Counted from the whole stretch's first letter, positions 48,029 through 62,100 are shown. The stretch: DNA of 63,994 nt, filler included, from Perkinsus olseni (GCA_013115125.1; 9 parts of 9 records of this genome joined end to end with filler, not necessarily neighbours in it); one strand, 5' to 3'. A program made the numbers and translations. Notes: generated by a model from the letters alone, not told the origin.

Positions 48029-50625
48029 TCACTTGGGAATCATATTCTCTGGTAGCTCCTGGGAGAAATAAATAAAAGCATACTATTTTATCCAGAGAGT
48101 TACTGTTGTTTTCGCTAGTGTTATTATTACGTGGGGCAGTGAATGTCCGTCTAGTCGCATACGGACAAAGTGCATGGCCAATGCAAATTCGTTTATATCC
48201 AACTTCCCATCACGATCAGCATCAGCTAAGTTCCATATCTTGTGAAGAACTCCAGATGGGAGTTTACCTGCACGACGTTCATACGAAGGCACCCGGAAAG
48301 CACCGGCAAGAACACCTACTCTTCAGCATCTCCTGTTTAGCCTGAGCCCCGGTGATCTTTCCATCTGCTGGGTCCGGGCCGAGGGATTCAAATAACGTCA
48401 TATACCTGATACGTAAACAGGGCAACGTAAGATACTCAGGCGGGCAGCTTCGAAGTGCGACTGACTCTGATATGTCCAGGGGGCCTGACAGCCAACTAAC
48501 AGCGCCGAAGTCATCAGCCCAGGGAGAAGCTTCACCAGGCTGAAGAGATGATACGACAATCCTCACTGTGATCCGCAACATGAGTTTAGTTACGTTTGCA
48601 ATGCCTGCTTTGAAGATATCGGGCAATTCCATTGCATCACGCTCTCTTGGTATCATCTTCAACAGTGCTGGTATGTCATTTGACAGTATCTCGTCTATGG
48701 GCTCTAGACTGCGAGCCTTCTTGATTTTACCTGAACGACAGCCACAGTAGACCTATACTCCACTATTGGAACGACCAGCTGACGGCGATTATTATATACT
48801 ACTGAAATCATAGTGCGACAACTCCTTCCGCATGTAGTCTACTGAAGGGAAGTCCCCAATGGGGAGGTTGTACCTTATCACAGTACTCGATCCACGATGG
48901 GCAGCAGCAGCAGCTGTCGTTATCACTACCTCTTGGACACTTGCTCATACACCTCATCCAAGTGTTCGATAAGCTCACGTTTTTTTGAGTTCTTCCCAAA
49001 CATCGACGGCATCTCGTGTTTTATGTATGTCATTAGACAAGCATGGGTCTTCGCTAGCCTGAGCCCTTCACATTAAACCACGGTAATACGATTGTGGTAG
49101 TTGTAGTTAGAGGAAATAACAGCTATTAGTAGTACCTCGCTCTCTTGATGAGATCATTGAGTTTCCTGAGGGCAGCCTCCTCTGGTAGTTTCGCTATGTC
49201 GGCGTATAGATCGGACTCCTCCTTTTCGAACAGATTCCTCTGCTCATCATTATTAAGCTTCTCATCCCAGAATGATCCGATGAAAACTCTCGATGTCTAA
49301 GAGGGTAACGACGAATATGAAATAACCAGTGTCACACTACTGATACTACCTCGGGTGTATTTATGACTTTACCAAGAGACCACATAAGAGCACCGTATAC
49401 ACGCATCAGCTGCTGAGTAGTGACCTGACAGCAAGTACTGGTAATAGCAGCGGCAGGAGCAGGAGCATACATAATACGGGAGCACGTGATCTTAGTGAGA
49501 TGCACGGCCTTTCAGTGCATGATGAGTGCATTATTACCATATCACTCTTGTTGAGAACGATCCTTATTTTATTCTCGTTCTGACCACATGCTAAAATGCA
49601 TCGACGGAATTCATCGGAAATATCCAATTTATGAGCATCAAATAGGAGTAGTATCATATCAACTCTATCAGCAAACCAATTCACAACACCTGAAAACACG
49701 GAGGAATGACACTACCACGCTCGAGTCCATCATGCGCATGAACAAGAGCAAGGCGGACAAGCGCCTAGTTTACTACCCTCAAAATCATATCCTCGTTGTA
49801 GCCTCTGCTTCTCTCCCGACAAAATACCGGGTGTATCGATGAATGTTACACCCTGTAAAACTGGGGATCCTCCCATCCTGAAAGACGGGAGACCAGTAGA
49901 CCCTTCATTCATAGCGTAAACGCTCACAAGGAAGTGCCATATCGAGATCGAATATAAAGAACCACCTCAGTATACTGCTGACTCACATAGAGGCTTCAAA
50001 GCGGTTCATGAAGCCATTGCCAAACTGGCTGAGCTGCGTGAACGGCAATGTCCGATCCACTACCAGCGCATTGCCTGATACATCACCGATGAGGTCTCTA
50101 GTGATGCTGTAATAAGCGGACAGTACCGGGTATAACATGATCACCTCCCCCTGACTTGCTGCTATCCATAATACAACAGAATCTAGAAAGATTGGGTAAT
50201 CTTTGGGAATGGGCCTGCTACAGTCCGATTGGGCATTACTTGTCTGTCGTGGGCTCGGGTCCTATCCTCATACCGGGATAATCCCTCTCAAGAAGATGTC
50301 TGATGAAGGTTGTCTTACCAGTGGAATATCTGATGACAGGCGTCGTGCTTGTAGCGTGATAGGCGGTTTAAGCATGCCTACTGTCCAATAAGCATCACCA
50401 TGGGTTTGGCAGTGAAGTCCGCTGGTGTGAGTGGAGCCGAGTAGAAGCGATGGAAACTGAGAATACGCTTGGTCTGTAGTGAAGTTCGCCGAGGTGTAAG
50501 TACTCATAGTATTCCTCTATGGGCAGTAACTTATCCCTGTAGATCTCCTGCAGCCCGTCCGAGATGTTACGGAAGGTCTCTGTTGTCTTTGCTCGCTCTT
50601 CATCAGCTTTCAACCAGCGTAGCAT
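48029..50625 (-). CDS. EHD1: EH-domain-containing dynamin-like ATPase (EHD/RME-1), many introns
   Basis: [56 protein letters not shown], and EH domain [26 protein letters not shown]. Confidence 0.93.
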
Positions 50626-50903
50626 ATCGATAATGATGAGGAGATCAGATGGAAAAACGGATGAAAACGAAGTAACTACAGCGGTTTAATGCCGAAAGAT
50701 ACGCTTCAGTTAAAGTAAGATGAGGACTGGTGTGTGAGAACTGAGTCATCGCGCTTGCTCTCTTGCTCCCTTGCAGTGATCTCACTGTTCTCAGTATCAC
50801 TCANNNNNNNNNNNNNNNNNNNNNNNNNNNNNNNNNNNNNNNNNNNNTTAATTAATTAANNNNNNNNNNNNNNNNNNNNNNNNNNNNNNNNNNNNNNNNN
50901 NNN

Positions 50904-51095
50904 TTACCATAGCTAAAAGGGTGCACGCATGCACACTGAGATTGGGAGATAGACACAATAAGACATTCCTCTAACAGTGACACCGAGGAAGTCGATGAAG
51001 ACCACCATACAGACCAGAACGAGCCGAAAGTTGGAACCGACATCATCTGCCGACCGGTCCAAGTTTCTGTTACCGATCGAGGCAATGACGGTCAT
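50904..51095 (-). CDS. Probable MFS transporter N-terminus (cut by contig edge)
   Basis: RLVLVCMVVFIDFLGVT resembles TM1 of TetA/DHA1-type MFS proteins. Confidence 0.4.
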
Positions 51096-51289
51096 GCTGG
51101 ACTAAATTACTGCATTGAAGCGACACGGTTCGCATCCACCCTCTTAATGAAAACGAGCCTTGAATCAATGAGAGGAAACTCGAGTAAATGAAAATTACAG
51201 TCAACATACAGGCAGCCCAAAGGCGGCCACCGAATTAAGTCTCGGCCGTGAAGCACAGTCCCGGTTTAGCCCAGGACAACTCCTCCTGC

Positions 51290-53270
51290 AGCCTTGTTGC
51301 CTCTGTTCTAGTCGGTCGATCCCTCAGCCGGTACCTAGACAACAGTTTTCCTCCGAATCAATCACTCACAACTCAACTCTTACCCGAAAGTCACCCAGAC
51401 TTGTCGTGCGGTCCCTGTCTTCTCTCCGCATCCGTACGCCGTATTAGGGAAGCGCTCCCAGAGCTGGAAAGGTGGGCACTCCAGAGGCACCCTCACGGAC
51501 CGAGAATGCCGGGAATCGTAGTAGAAGGGAGAACCTTGACACCCGGGCATCAGCCCACAAACCAATGATAAGACCTGTGGGTGGTACCTTGATTCTCTTC
51601 TAGTTGATGCGGTGATACACAGACAGCTCCACCAAGGCCTTGACGCTCGAAGTGCGGCAACTGGGCGTGGGCACGGACACGCGTAGCGTCTACCTGCACG
51701 GAGAGGCTTCCTAGAATTGCCAGTACCATCGAAACTACACGCCAACGATTGAACTGTTAGACGTAGGCGAGATGTACATTGTACAAGGAATGCCAATATT
51801 ATGAAGCCGAGCAGCAGGTCACGGATACTCTCCTACGCCCGGCCGAGAATAAATATCTCCGGATTTGATAACTGAGCAGTCATTCGGACATGAATAAAGC
51901 TCCATCATTACGGCGTCGAAACAACCCTAAGGAACGTGCTGTATTCCCAAGATTCCATTAAGGACCTCTTCACTGTAGCTCAGCCGGCATTCCGTATAAT
52001 GATATCTCCCTGCAGTCCTAATTTCAGTTCGAAACGATTAATAATCCCGCGTGCAGGAGGATGCCACGCTACTCATACCCTCTTACTGTGATATAATCCC
52101 AGAAGCGTGCTAAGTGCCGCGTACCGAGCCACTCTAGCACAACACGGACCGCCTCCTTGACCTGTGGCAGACGGGGTAGCGCTACCATCAACTCGTGACC
52201 GGTGAAAGACACTACCATATCATCATCCACATGCCAAGGCTGCTGAGCCACCTTTACCAGTATGCGGAAAGACAAGGCATTGTCTGGGTCGAGGCCTGCT
52301 CTAGAGGCGTACTCCACCGAGAAGTCGATGATGTCCTGCAAGGCCGACCTGAAAGAGAGAAGTGTTCACAACGATACGAAGGTGCCACCCATCTCCTCCC
52401 TACCGCACAGCAGGGGCCGTCGGCGGGATGAGACTCCGGGTAGCGATCGGACGAGAGAAGTCTATTATATACTTGTTGCACTCCACCATCTGTCCCACCA
52501 CGTCTGAGATGGTAACCTGTGGCCCAAGCGTAGCATCTCCCGCCGTTCTCACTCCTCTTCGTATTCCTAGGCTCCCCTCGGAAGAACAGCTGTCCATGCC
52601 GTGGCTTCGCTCGCATGTTGATGTCGACACCGAACCGGCCCAAGTGACCAGTCTCCTCAGGGCTCCGTAACCCTAAAATGATCAATCAACCCAATGAGGA
52701 CCGTCAAGCCACCCCACACTACTTAAAATATCCTGCCTTATCTCCTTGTCTACATCCTTCCTGACAGCACCCCAGTCAGCCCCGATGCTCTCCGGCAGAA
52801 AACACTCATCGAGGTACCTAACCACAATTCTGTCTCCTCCACAGCCACCACAGCGCTACTTCTGGTAATCCTGACCACTGCTGGGCCCTGGGACTTTATA
52901 GATACACCAGGGCATCGGAGGTGGGTTCCGTATATAGCCGACCTTCTCGGCCTTAGTTAACCGTCGGTAGGCCTAGAATCCATCCCTCAACCTCACAATG
53001 TAGCAGACGGAAGTACCCAGTCCTTGCCCTGGAAGTGGGCACGTTCCATCTCCCTGTCTATCATCCTCTGCACAGCAGGGTCCGGGTCGAAGGACCCGAA
53101 CAGATCGAACAATGGTTCCCAGGTTGGGCGGTATGGGCCTGCATGGCAACCAACGTCGGAGGACAACTTTGGGCTACCACGGTAGCGCGTTCACGACGAG
53201 CCTTCTAGCCACTAGTAGTCGTCATTGAAGCACCCATACCCTGCCACAGCCTCACACATGAACGACAATA
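51290..53270 (-). CDS. Hypothetical multi-exon protein (boundaries approximate)
   Basis: Exon-like segments PYRPTWEPLFDLFGSFDPDPAVQRMIDREMERAHF, LQDIIDFSVEYASRAG and VKEAVRVVLEWLGTRHLARFWDY. Confidence 0.45.
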
Positions 53271-53793
53271 TTTTGCGTCACGGCTTCAACGCTGAAGAGA
53301 TACTAGAAACCGTCACCGAGCTGGCACGATTCAGTATAGCGTCGAGTGAACACTAGCATTGGCAATGGCCGTGATCGGTGCGGCAACCAGAGAGACTCTT
53401 ACCATTGGTATCGCTCGGTGACCATGCGACCAGGACGTATACGGGAGCCTTGAATTCTAGTATGTTAAGTACCTCATAAAAATCCGTAGGGTGGACCTCT
53501 ATAAAGTCGCAAGTCATCACGCGTTGAGGCAGGCGGCCCTATGAGCGGTCGAAGAAAAACTGCACGACAATCATGGCGCCCTACCCGTCCCTCTGCAAGA
53601 GACTGCTCATCGTCCTCTCTCGGGCGAATTACCATTACCAGCCGATCCTCTCGTTCTTGTAGTCAAGGTAGAGGTAGTAAAAGGAGAGTCAGTCAAGGGC
53701 ATACCAACACATGCCGATCACCCCGGAGGTGGTATCATAACTCGAAACGGGCAGTTCATGGAAGTGACAACTCTTAACATGCAGCTGAAGCCG

Positions 53794-56700
53794 CTACGAT
53801 CTCAATCTTCCACTAACATGCTTTCGCTTCATCTTCACAGACTTCCCCACCTTAGACCTCCGACCGCCATGATGCTCATCGAGACGGGGCAGACTGTGAG
53901 AGGTGGTCTCCATTGAAGGCCCACCACTGGTGTTGTTAAGGTAGTCACTGAGGGAGCTCGTCGACAGCATCTGGCTGTTTTCACTAGGCATAGCCATCAC
54001 GTCAGTATTAACCTATACTTCCAACCTACTGCCTTCAACGCTACCAACACGACCGCTACCTCCCTGACGCCCTCCAGAGCACCTCCACCTTCGGACCGCA
54101 CCATTTTGATGGTAGACGGATTGCTGCCCGGTAGCCGCGCCATCAGTACCTGCCCCCCCCCTTCCTGAGCCTGACTACTACGACACCAGTAGTTCACCTG
54201 TTTCCCTTCTATTATCTCTACTCCCACCGTCACCGAGTCCGTAGCCTGGTCCACCTCCGACTGTAGCAAACAAAAGTTCGCACGCCCAAAGGCGCTGCAC
54301 GAGCCATCGAACTCGAAGGCAACGTTGCGTGGCTGTCGGCCAATGAAAAGTTTGGCTCTTATCGCCGTCCCCGGCGGAGCCCGCGTGTACCTGCTCCAGA
54401 AGTGCCCCCGATGTGACAAGGAGCCCCCTTCTACAAAGAGCAGTAGCCTGAAGCCGCATTGAAGTAGCCAGCTGGGTAGAAGATAAGGCGGACCTGCTCG
54501 AGGCCAGCCACCGTGAAGGGGCAACTGTGCAGCGGCCTGCCTTGCGTGAAGGTCTAAGGGCGATGCCTCTCGACGATACCCAGGCAGCTGCTAGTCCTTA
54601 CCCTAGCTAAGACAGAGATGTTATCTATCCTCCACTCGACTCTCTTGCATGATCGATTCTTCATTTGGTCCACATACCGTCTAACCTGATGATTATGGTG
54701 AAGTGTGGTACGATAAGACACACACGTCTGATGATGAAGGGACCTACTTGATCTAGAGTCCTGTGACTGGTATACCGCATGATGCTCAACGACTGCGGGA
54801 ACTCCCCACAGGGCGTGCTCTCGAACGAGGGCAAAGGTAAGTCAATCGGGAAACCAGAGCTGACCAACGGCAGAGGACTGAAAACAAGCGTCTCACGGAG
54901 ATAGCCGTCTTCCTCAGAGACTACCGTTCACTAACGTAAGAGCATAAGAAAGCGCTGACTACTGACCGAAGGCAACGGGTCATTACTCATCGCTGCCATT
55001 GTTGATCTCCTCCGCCAACTCTTGTGGGCTCTTCAAAGTAGACATGAGAGGCAGGGTCGCCTGTATTTCGAGTACCTACAAGAGAGAGAACCGCCATCCC
55101 CAGGATGTCCCAGAGCTTCACTCTCCCGAAGAAACAACAGGGACATAACAGGCAAGAACGATCAAAATTATTGAACCTTTTCTGCGGTACAGCCATCTTG
55201 TCATCCGAAATCTAATAGATTTCCTGAAATTCAGGAAATTCAGATTTAATCTATGACCACTTCCACTTTCGAAAACGTGACACGTTACGATCCAACCACG
55301 CAGGCTTCTTGGCAGAGGTAATGCGAACGTAGGCGAAAGGAGCCCGGAAGCGCTACGATGGCATGTGATTACCTCCACTCCGACGATGAGAGAATCTTCA
55401 ATCCAATCAGAGAACTGCTTGAGATGGAAGTCCATGCCTCCAAACGCCGACAAAGAGGCCACGAATGTGTGCTCGTAACGCATGGAGCGGTACCTGACGC
55501 GCCTTCAGCTCGGTACATGACCTCTGTTGTAGCAAAACTCCAATACACACTTGTTCCTCGTCCAGTGACGCGAATTTATCATATAGACTAGCGCCCATTT
55601 CTACGAGGCCAAGGCGAGCCTCTCGCACTCGTCACTATCTCAGCTTGCGCAAGCCAATCCTACTACCTCCGGGCGGTATTTTCACCTGCCTCCTCCTCTC
55701 CGTTTGGGCCCCATTTATCCCCAACATGGAGCTCGAAAACTACCGTGGTACCCGCCGGTGCCCACAAAAATACCGAGCAATCTGACGGTTGCTGCCTTGC
55801 ACTCGTAGAATCATCATCCGCATCCGAAGATCCCTCCAGATTTTTCAGTCGTCGAACTCTGACCTGAAACGGCAGAATCCCACCACCTCCCCAACAAATA
55901 CACTTCTACTTCCAAACGCATGATGCCTGCCCCACCAGCCGAGATGGGCGGGCTGAAGACCTGCGCATGCCTAGGCTCCCCCAGCACTCTGCTGACTTCT
56001 TGCAATTTCCATTCTATCCGTCTGGTGGACACATTGTGGGCAACCTGGACGGGCGTCCCAGCAGACAGGTTATAGTGTTGATGCAAATGTACCGTAACGG
56101 CCTCATCGACCAGGTTCTCAACTGCGGTCATTCTCGTCACTAACGTCTTCTCGAGGTTCTCCCCTTTATGAGTGATTCGCTCATTGCCAGCCTTAACCTA
56201 GGCGAGGAACCAAAGATCGAAAGCGTAGTGCGAAGAGAGTGGGTGTAGCTTGTCAAGAGACCCTCGAGTCGAACCCCACAAGCGGTAATGAGCTGCTCAC
56301 TTCCGCCTCCAGCTTAGACGCCGACTCATCGACCCTCTGCTGTAATTCTTTCGACCTCGCTCGGGCATCCGTAATGGCAACTGCTTAGCGAGAGTTGACC
56401 CGAAAACTACTCAGAGCAGCTCCGGAAGGGGAGCGGAGTGAAGAACGGGAAGGCACACGCTAATCACTGAGACCTATCCTCTCATCCCCGTATGAATACC
56501 CTCAATTTCCTTCCGCAGAGTCGTCATAGCCTCTCTGGACACTCTGCCAACCTCTTCAAGATTCTCAGACTGCATCCTCTCTAGGCGTTTATCAAGAGCC
56601 GCGAATGTACGACTGTGCCCACTCTGAGCAAGCGTTGATACTCCTCAAGCTGTTAGGTGGCAGATAAGAACCTGGCTGTCATCTAACCGTTTCGCGAGAG

Positions 56701-57690
56701 CATCCAACTCTGTGCGCGTCCGGTCCAATGTCTCTTGCAATTCTGCAAATTTGTTCGCCTGGCTCCTATGAAGACAGCGAGTAGGCGGAAAACTCGGTGG
56801 TGCTGTCACACAGTTCTACTTCTGCTGGGAGCTAAGGCCCTCGGAAAGCTTCCGTTCCACGGCACTTCTCAGATCGGAAGAGGCCTTCTTGATCTGCTGC
56901 GGCAGTTCAGTCTCCACACCTACAAGCCACGTGCAAGTGGATCCCACCGCCGATTAGACGCAAGGAAAGAAAGGATGAGCGGCAATACTAGCACATAAAC
57001 AGGATAATAGACGACTCACTGGCCTTGAGCTTTTCGATGTCCATCTTGATAGGCCTCACGGCTGTGACCATGTCGCCTTTTTTGACTGTATCTATCATGC
57101 CAATCAGCTCACTCCGAAGGAGATCTAGGTCCTCGTGGGAGACAGGCTTCGGCATTGAAGGGGGTATCGAAGATGAAGGCGACTGACGGGGGATATGAAA
57201 CAGAAGCGTCTGCCGGATGCGGGATTCCCAAGAAACGATGAGCGGTCACTCGCGCACGCCCAAGTAGAGCGCACAACGGGTAGCGCGCGCCTCGGGACCC
57301 AACCGACCGGCGACGACCAGTCAAAGCGGTGTTCGGGAGATTTGGGGACGCAGCTGAAGTGGAACTCAAGAGCTTGCCTCTCCGTAGCTTCAGTCTAGAT
57401 CGCCCTGCCCGACAAGTCCACCAAACACAGGTCGAAGCACCATTCTCTATAGGGCCCAGCGGTACCGTCGAGAAGCCCATCTTCCCCATGATGGCAGTGC
57501 CAATCGTACGTTCGCTGAGTATTTCCGGGCAGTTTTCGCCTTCTCAGTTGGAAGTGGACTTGGAGCTGGATTTGCTCAGCTCGATCTAGCACCCCATACC
57601 CTAGATCTTGAGAAGGGTTACTCTGAACTTTACTGCCTCCTAGAGGAAGAGGTCCAAGAACGAGAATAGAAAGCCGACGGCAATAGCACA
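53794..57690 (-). CDS. Coiled-coil protein with tandem MATH/TRAF-like beta domains, many introns
   Basis: Two repeats: RRIEWKL...FSPPISAGG..MRLE...DSLIVGVEVI and RVEWRI...APPGTAIRAKLFIG...FGRANFC...DSVTVGVEII. Start uncertain. Confidence 0.6.
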
Positions 57691-58132
57691 ATCAGACAAC
57701 GTGTCGGGTCCACCGCGTTTTTGAGAATCCTTTTTGAAGAGCCTTGCTACATAGTTTGGAGTTTGAGCCCTCGTGCTGAGAAATTCAAGCCCCACGCAGA
57801 GGATTGAGGGGACAAGGGACTATGGGCCATCCTAAGCCCACTGTGCCAGTCAGTACGCCGTAGTCACCATCCTCGCTGACTGTACATGTTTCTTGTGAAC
57901 TGCTTGTCTGGGGTTGAATCACATCGGGGGGGGGGGGGGGGGCGCCGAATTCTGCCCCCCCCCGGGTAACCCACCACGCGTCAACTAAGTTTGTCACAGT
58001 AGAGGGGTTTACAATGCGGTGTGATGAATTATNNNNNNNNNNNNNNNNNNNNNNNNNNNNNNNNNNNNNNNNNNNNTTAATTAATTAANNNNNNNNNNNN
58101 NNNNNNNNNNNNNNNNNNNNNNNNNNNNNNNN

Positions 58133-59182
58133 GAGAAACCGCTGGGCGGAGCGAGGTGTGACAAGATATGCCGGAAGATACGATGCGAGCAATCGTCATC
58201 CATCTGCACGGTCGCGCCGTGCCCAACTTTCTCGGGTGATGATGGAAATCAGCCGGGTTCTCAACTTGACCCCTCTCTTGGGTTTGAAAGGTGGCACTCT
58301 AAGTTCTGCACATACTTGCAGCTCAAGGGCATTACTGATCCGGGTCCACAAGCTCCTGAGGGAGATCGAAATCGATTTGAGGCTAAGCGTGTGGGTCACT
58401 TGAAGAACTTCCTCCGAGGGAGTGCATCCAAATTGGTATACGGCTTGAGTCATGCTGATCAGGGTTCGTACAATCGTATTCTGGCAGCATTGCGTGAGGC
58501 CTATAGTTTAAACCCACACACTGCATGGCAAGCGTTTAAAAGCCGAGTATTACGCTCAGGAGAAGTGGTGGACTCTCTGCTAGCAGCCCTCCGGTCCCTG
58601 TTATCTTTAGCGGCCCCCTCATTAACGGGCGTTGATGCTGAGAGGCTCCTCAAGCTACAGTTTGTTGCTGCCCTTCCGGATGAATCACTGATGAAGAATC
58701 AGGTGTTGGCTCGAGATTTGGTGACTACACCGTTAACTGAACTACTGCAGACGGCTAAGAGCTTCACCAAACCCCCAGGTAGCCAGAATAATGTTGTGGC
58801 TCCACCGGATCCTCCTTTGATGGCGGCCACCTTCTATGGTAAAGGAAAGAAAGGGTTCGGTAAAGGTGCCTCTAAGGGTCGGAGTGGTAAGCCTTTTTTC
58901 CCCTATGGTAAAGGTAAGGGAATATCCACAACTGTGGCATCGTCGCAGTTTGGCCCTAGAGGGCAGCGTTGGCCGTTCAGTTCTCAGGCTCAACCATCAG
59001 GGAAGAGCTTCAATAGTTCTCCAGTTCCAACTAGGAGATGGTACCAAGATGGCAAGGGTAACTGGCAACAACCTATTACATCGAAGGTGTGTTGGACATG
59101 TCATCAGCCAGGCCATCTCCAGCGTAACTGCCCTAGTTCTGGGGTAGCAGCGGCCCTGTGGGAAGAGCAAGAAGAGAGCTGA
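58133..59182 (+). CDS. Gag (frame open to contig edge), ends in TGA
   Basis: PTFSGD...FERWHSKF, LKLQFVAALP, a GKGK-rich segment and CWTCHQPGHLQRNC knuckle. Confidence 0.9.
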   Translation, partial: EKPLGGARCDKICRKIRCEQSSSICTVAPCPTFSGDDGNQPGSQLDPSLGFERWHSKFCTYLQLKGITDPGPQAPEGDRNRFEAKRVGHLKNFLRGSASKLVYGLSHADQGSYNRILAALREAYSLNPHTAWQAFKSRVLRSGEVVDSLLAALRSLLSLAAPSLTGVDAERLLKLQFVAALPDESLMKNQVLARDLVTTPLTELLQTAKSFTKPPGSQNNVVAPPDPPLMAATFYGKGKKGFGKGASKGRSGKPFFPYGKGKGISTTVASSQFGPRGQRWPFSSQAQPSGKSFNSSPVPTRRWYQDGKGNWQQPITSKVCWTCHQPGHLQRNCPSSGVAAALWEEQEES

Positions 59183-62100
59183 CTATCTTACGGTCACGCG
59201 TTTGCTTTACCGGAGTCGGCTCAGTCAACTTCAAGTGGGCTACCTCTTAAAACTATTGGTATATATAAAGCTGATGAAGGGACCTATCTCTCCCTGACTG
59301 CTTTATGTGATTGGTGCTGCAGTAGATCGTTGATTACTCGTCATTTGCTGGGAACTATCTCAGCTCCTCTTATTCAGTCTGATGCTGCCACGACTGTGAA
59401 CCTGATTCAGTTATCTACAAATGCTTTGCCATATATTGGTGTGTCAATAATAAAGGTTTCCATTGATGGATTTGAGGTGCCATTGGAACCGCTCGTCGTT
59501 GAGTCTCTGCCCGCATCGTTATCATTAGTGCTAGGACTGGACTGTTTCAAGCAATTGCCTACTGCTGTTCGTCTTTCATATGATCATGCTACGAGATCCT
59601 CTCGTTTGGAACTTGCTGCCTCGTGTACTGATACTGAAGTCAAGTACTCTCGCTTCCGATTGCCGTCATGTGTGGTTGTTGAGGGTCGGGTGCCATCGCA
59701 GCCAGACCCTATCTCTGTTTCGTTGGAAGCGCCTGATTGCTTGGCTTTGAGATTCAATGCGTCGGGGGATCCCAGTAGGAGTTCCCCATTTTTTTGGGAG
59801 GTCGCTTGGAAGTGGAGAGATGGGGTTGCTCCTTCGGTAGTTGCCTGTCCGGAGGAGTACCACAACCTTGATCGACTCACTACTTCACAGTTGGACTCTT
59901 TGTGTGATGAGCTGGTGTCATGGGTTGATCAAGGGTGGCTAGTCCCTGTCTTTCCGCAGGATTTTTATCGTATGCGATGTATTCTTCCCCTCGTGGTCTC
60001 CTTGGCGCTTCATAAAAGCACCAAGGTCAGACCGTGTTTGGATTATTCCTTTTTGAATGCGCACTGCATCATCGCCAATGATGCAGCTGCAGTATCCTGT
60101 AATGCTGCATTACGGGAATGGAGAAGATATGAAGAAGGCAGCATTGTTGATATCCGTCGAGCCTATTTGTCTTTATCAGTAAGAGAGGATCTCACTTGGT
60201 ATCAATGCCTTAAGATTAGTGATTGCTTGAAAGCTCATCAGTCCAGTCAACCTGAGTCGAAACAGTTACAGTTTACTTATTATCGTCTATTGAGATGTGG
60301 ATTTGGGCAGAGCTCGAGTCCAAGATTACTAAAATGTGTTACGGATTATAAGTTACAGAATGAAAAGCTACTTAAGTATTTTGATGATGTACTAATTCCA
60401 AAGTTTCCAGGGGAGTCGGCTGAGCAGCATCGGGCTAATGTTGTCCGTATTCGCAGTCTTCTGAAAAATGAGGGTCTTGATAGTAAAGATCCTACGGTAT
60501 TCAGTGAGAGTCGTGTGCTTGGTCTGCAACTTTATCGCGATAGTGAAGGTGTGCTGTGCTGGCGTTGTCGTGTAGATCTTGATCATTTGTTATCATTTCA
60601 GGATCGCCTATTGCACGACGGTAACCTTACCTTTCGCGATTGTGGTTCTTGGCTGGGACAGCTGCTAGGACATCTTCCTGTAGCTGACTGGCTAAGACCG
60701 GTGGTTGGTCTCGGTCGAAGATCTCTCGGTAAGAAGGCTGGTAACACTAAAGCGTCGTGGCGTCGTCTTGTTGATGATGAGTCGAAGCAAATATGTCTGT
60801 ACATTTGTCAACTATTGAGAAGATTGGGTGATCCAGCCCATGGAACCTGGAGGACCCCAGATCCCAGTGAAGAGCTCCACTGTTTTATTGATTCTTCGGA
60901 GCTAGCTATGGGAGTATCCATTCTTGATTCTAGAAATAATATTATTGAAGATGATTGTCATTTGAGACCCGCTGACGCTCATGACATTGATAATAGTTCC
61001 CGTCCAAGTTTGCATATAAACATCAGTGAACTTGATAGTGTGATCTTAGGATTGCAGAAATGTTTGGATTACAAGTGTACTTCCATTCATTTATTCACTG
61101 ATTCGAAAAGTGTCGCGGGATGGATCTCTCGATTGTTATCATTTCAAAAAGTTAACCCGCAAGGTATTTATAAGTGCCTAGTAACTCGAAGGTTGAAGAT
61201 AATACGATCTATTATTGATGAGAACAATATTACTCTTCATTGTACTTGGGTGCAATCATCAGCGAATGTCTCCGATCGCTTGACAAGATTGCCACATGTG
61301 GCTGGCATTGTCTGTCCATTTATTACCTCATCATTCGCTAATTTTGCTGCGGGGACTTTGCAGCTGGGGGGCGATGGTCATGAGAAGCATTTCCCCTCCT
61401 CGGATGAGTTATTAGCTGCAAATTCTGCGGTCATTAGGCCTTTTCTTGACAGTGGAGTGAGTGAGGATTCTGATGGGTTTCTCTGGCATCGAGGACTTCT
61501 GTATCTGCCGTCAGTCTTTCGAGAAGCTGTTATTAAAGGCGTTCATGAGAACCTGTTGCACTGTGGTTCTGCGGATGTTGAGATCTTTTTGAAGAAGGTT
61601 TACTCGTGGCCTCGTATGTCGGAGCAGATACGCTCGGTATTATCAACTTGTACTAATGCTGCGTGTGAGCGCAATAAGGTTAATCCGACTACTTTCACTC
61701 CAAGCTCTCCAGGAAGGCTAGCATGGGATCGCTGGGTCTGTGTTGCTTGTGATGTCTTTCATTATGAGCAACAGCCGATTTTGTCGGTGATTGATGAATA
61801 TTCACGGTTTGCTGTTCTGCGATTATTACCAGAAGAGCGAGCTGCCTATGCACTGCAAGGCCTTACTGAGGTTTTCAATATTCCCTTCCTCGGTTACCCA
61901 TTATTTCTGAGATCTGACCCTGGGATTTTTACGGGAATTCGTCAGCAGTTGAAGAATGTAGGAGTGAGGCTAGTTTTAACCTCAGGTCATCGACCAACTG
62001 CTAATGCCATTGTTGAACGCTTACATTCAAGTCTACGATTGAAGTTGTCAGTCTTACCAAGTGATCAACCACTTTCGTGCCGATTAATGATGGCCATAAA

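Noticed and set aside
55185-55202. AGCCATCTTG as a relic spliced-leader sequence
   Set aside because: Only about 10 nt match the Perkinsus/dinoflagellate-type leader and the GCTCAAG end is absent; this is compatible with chance.
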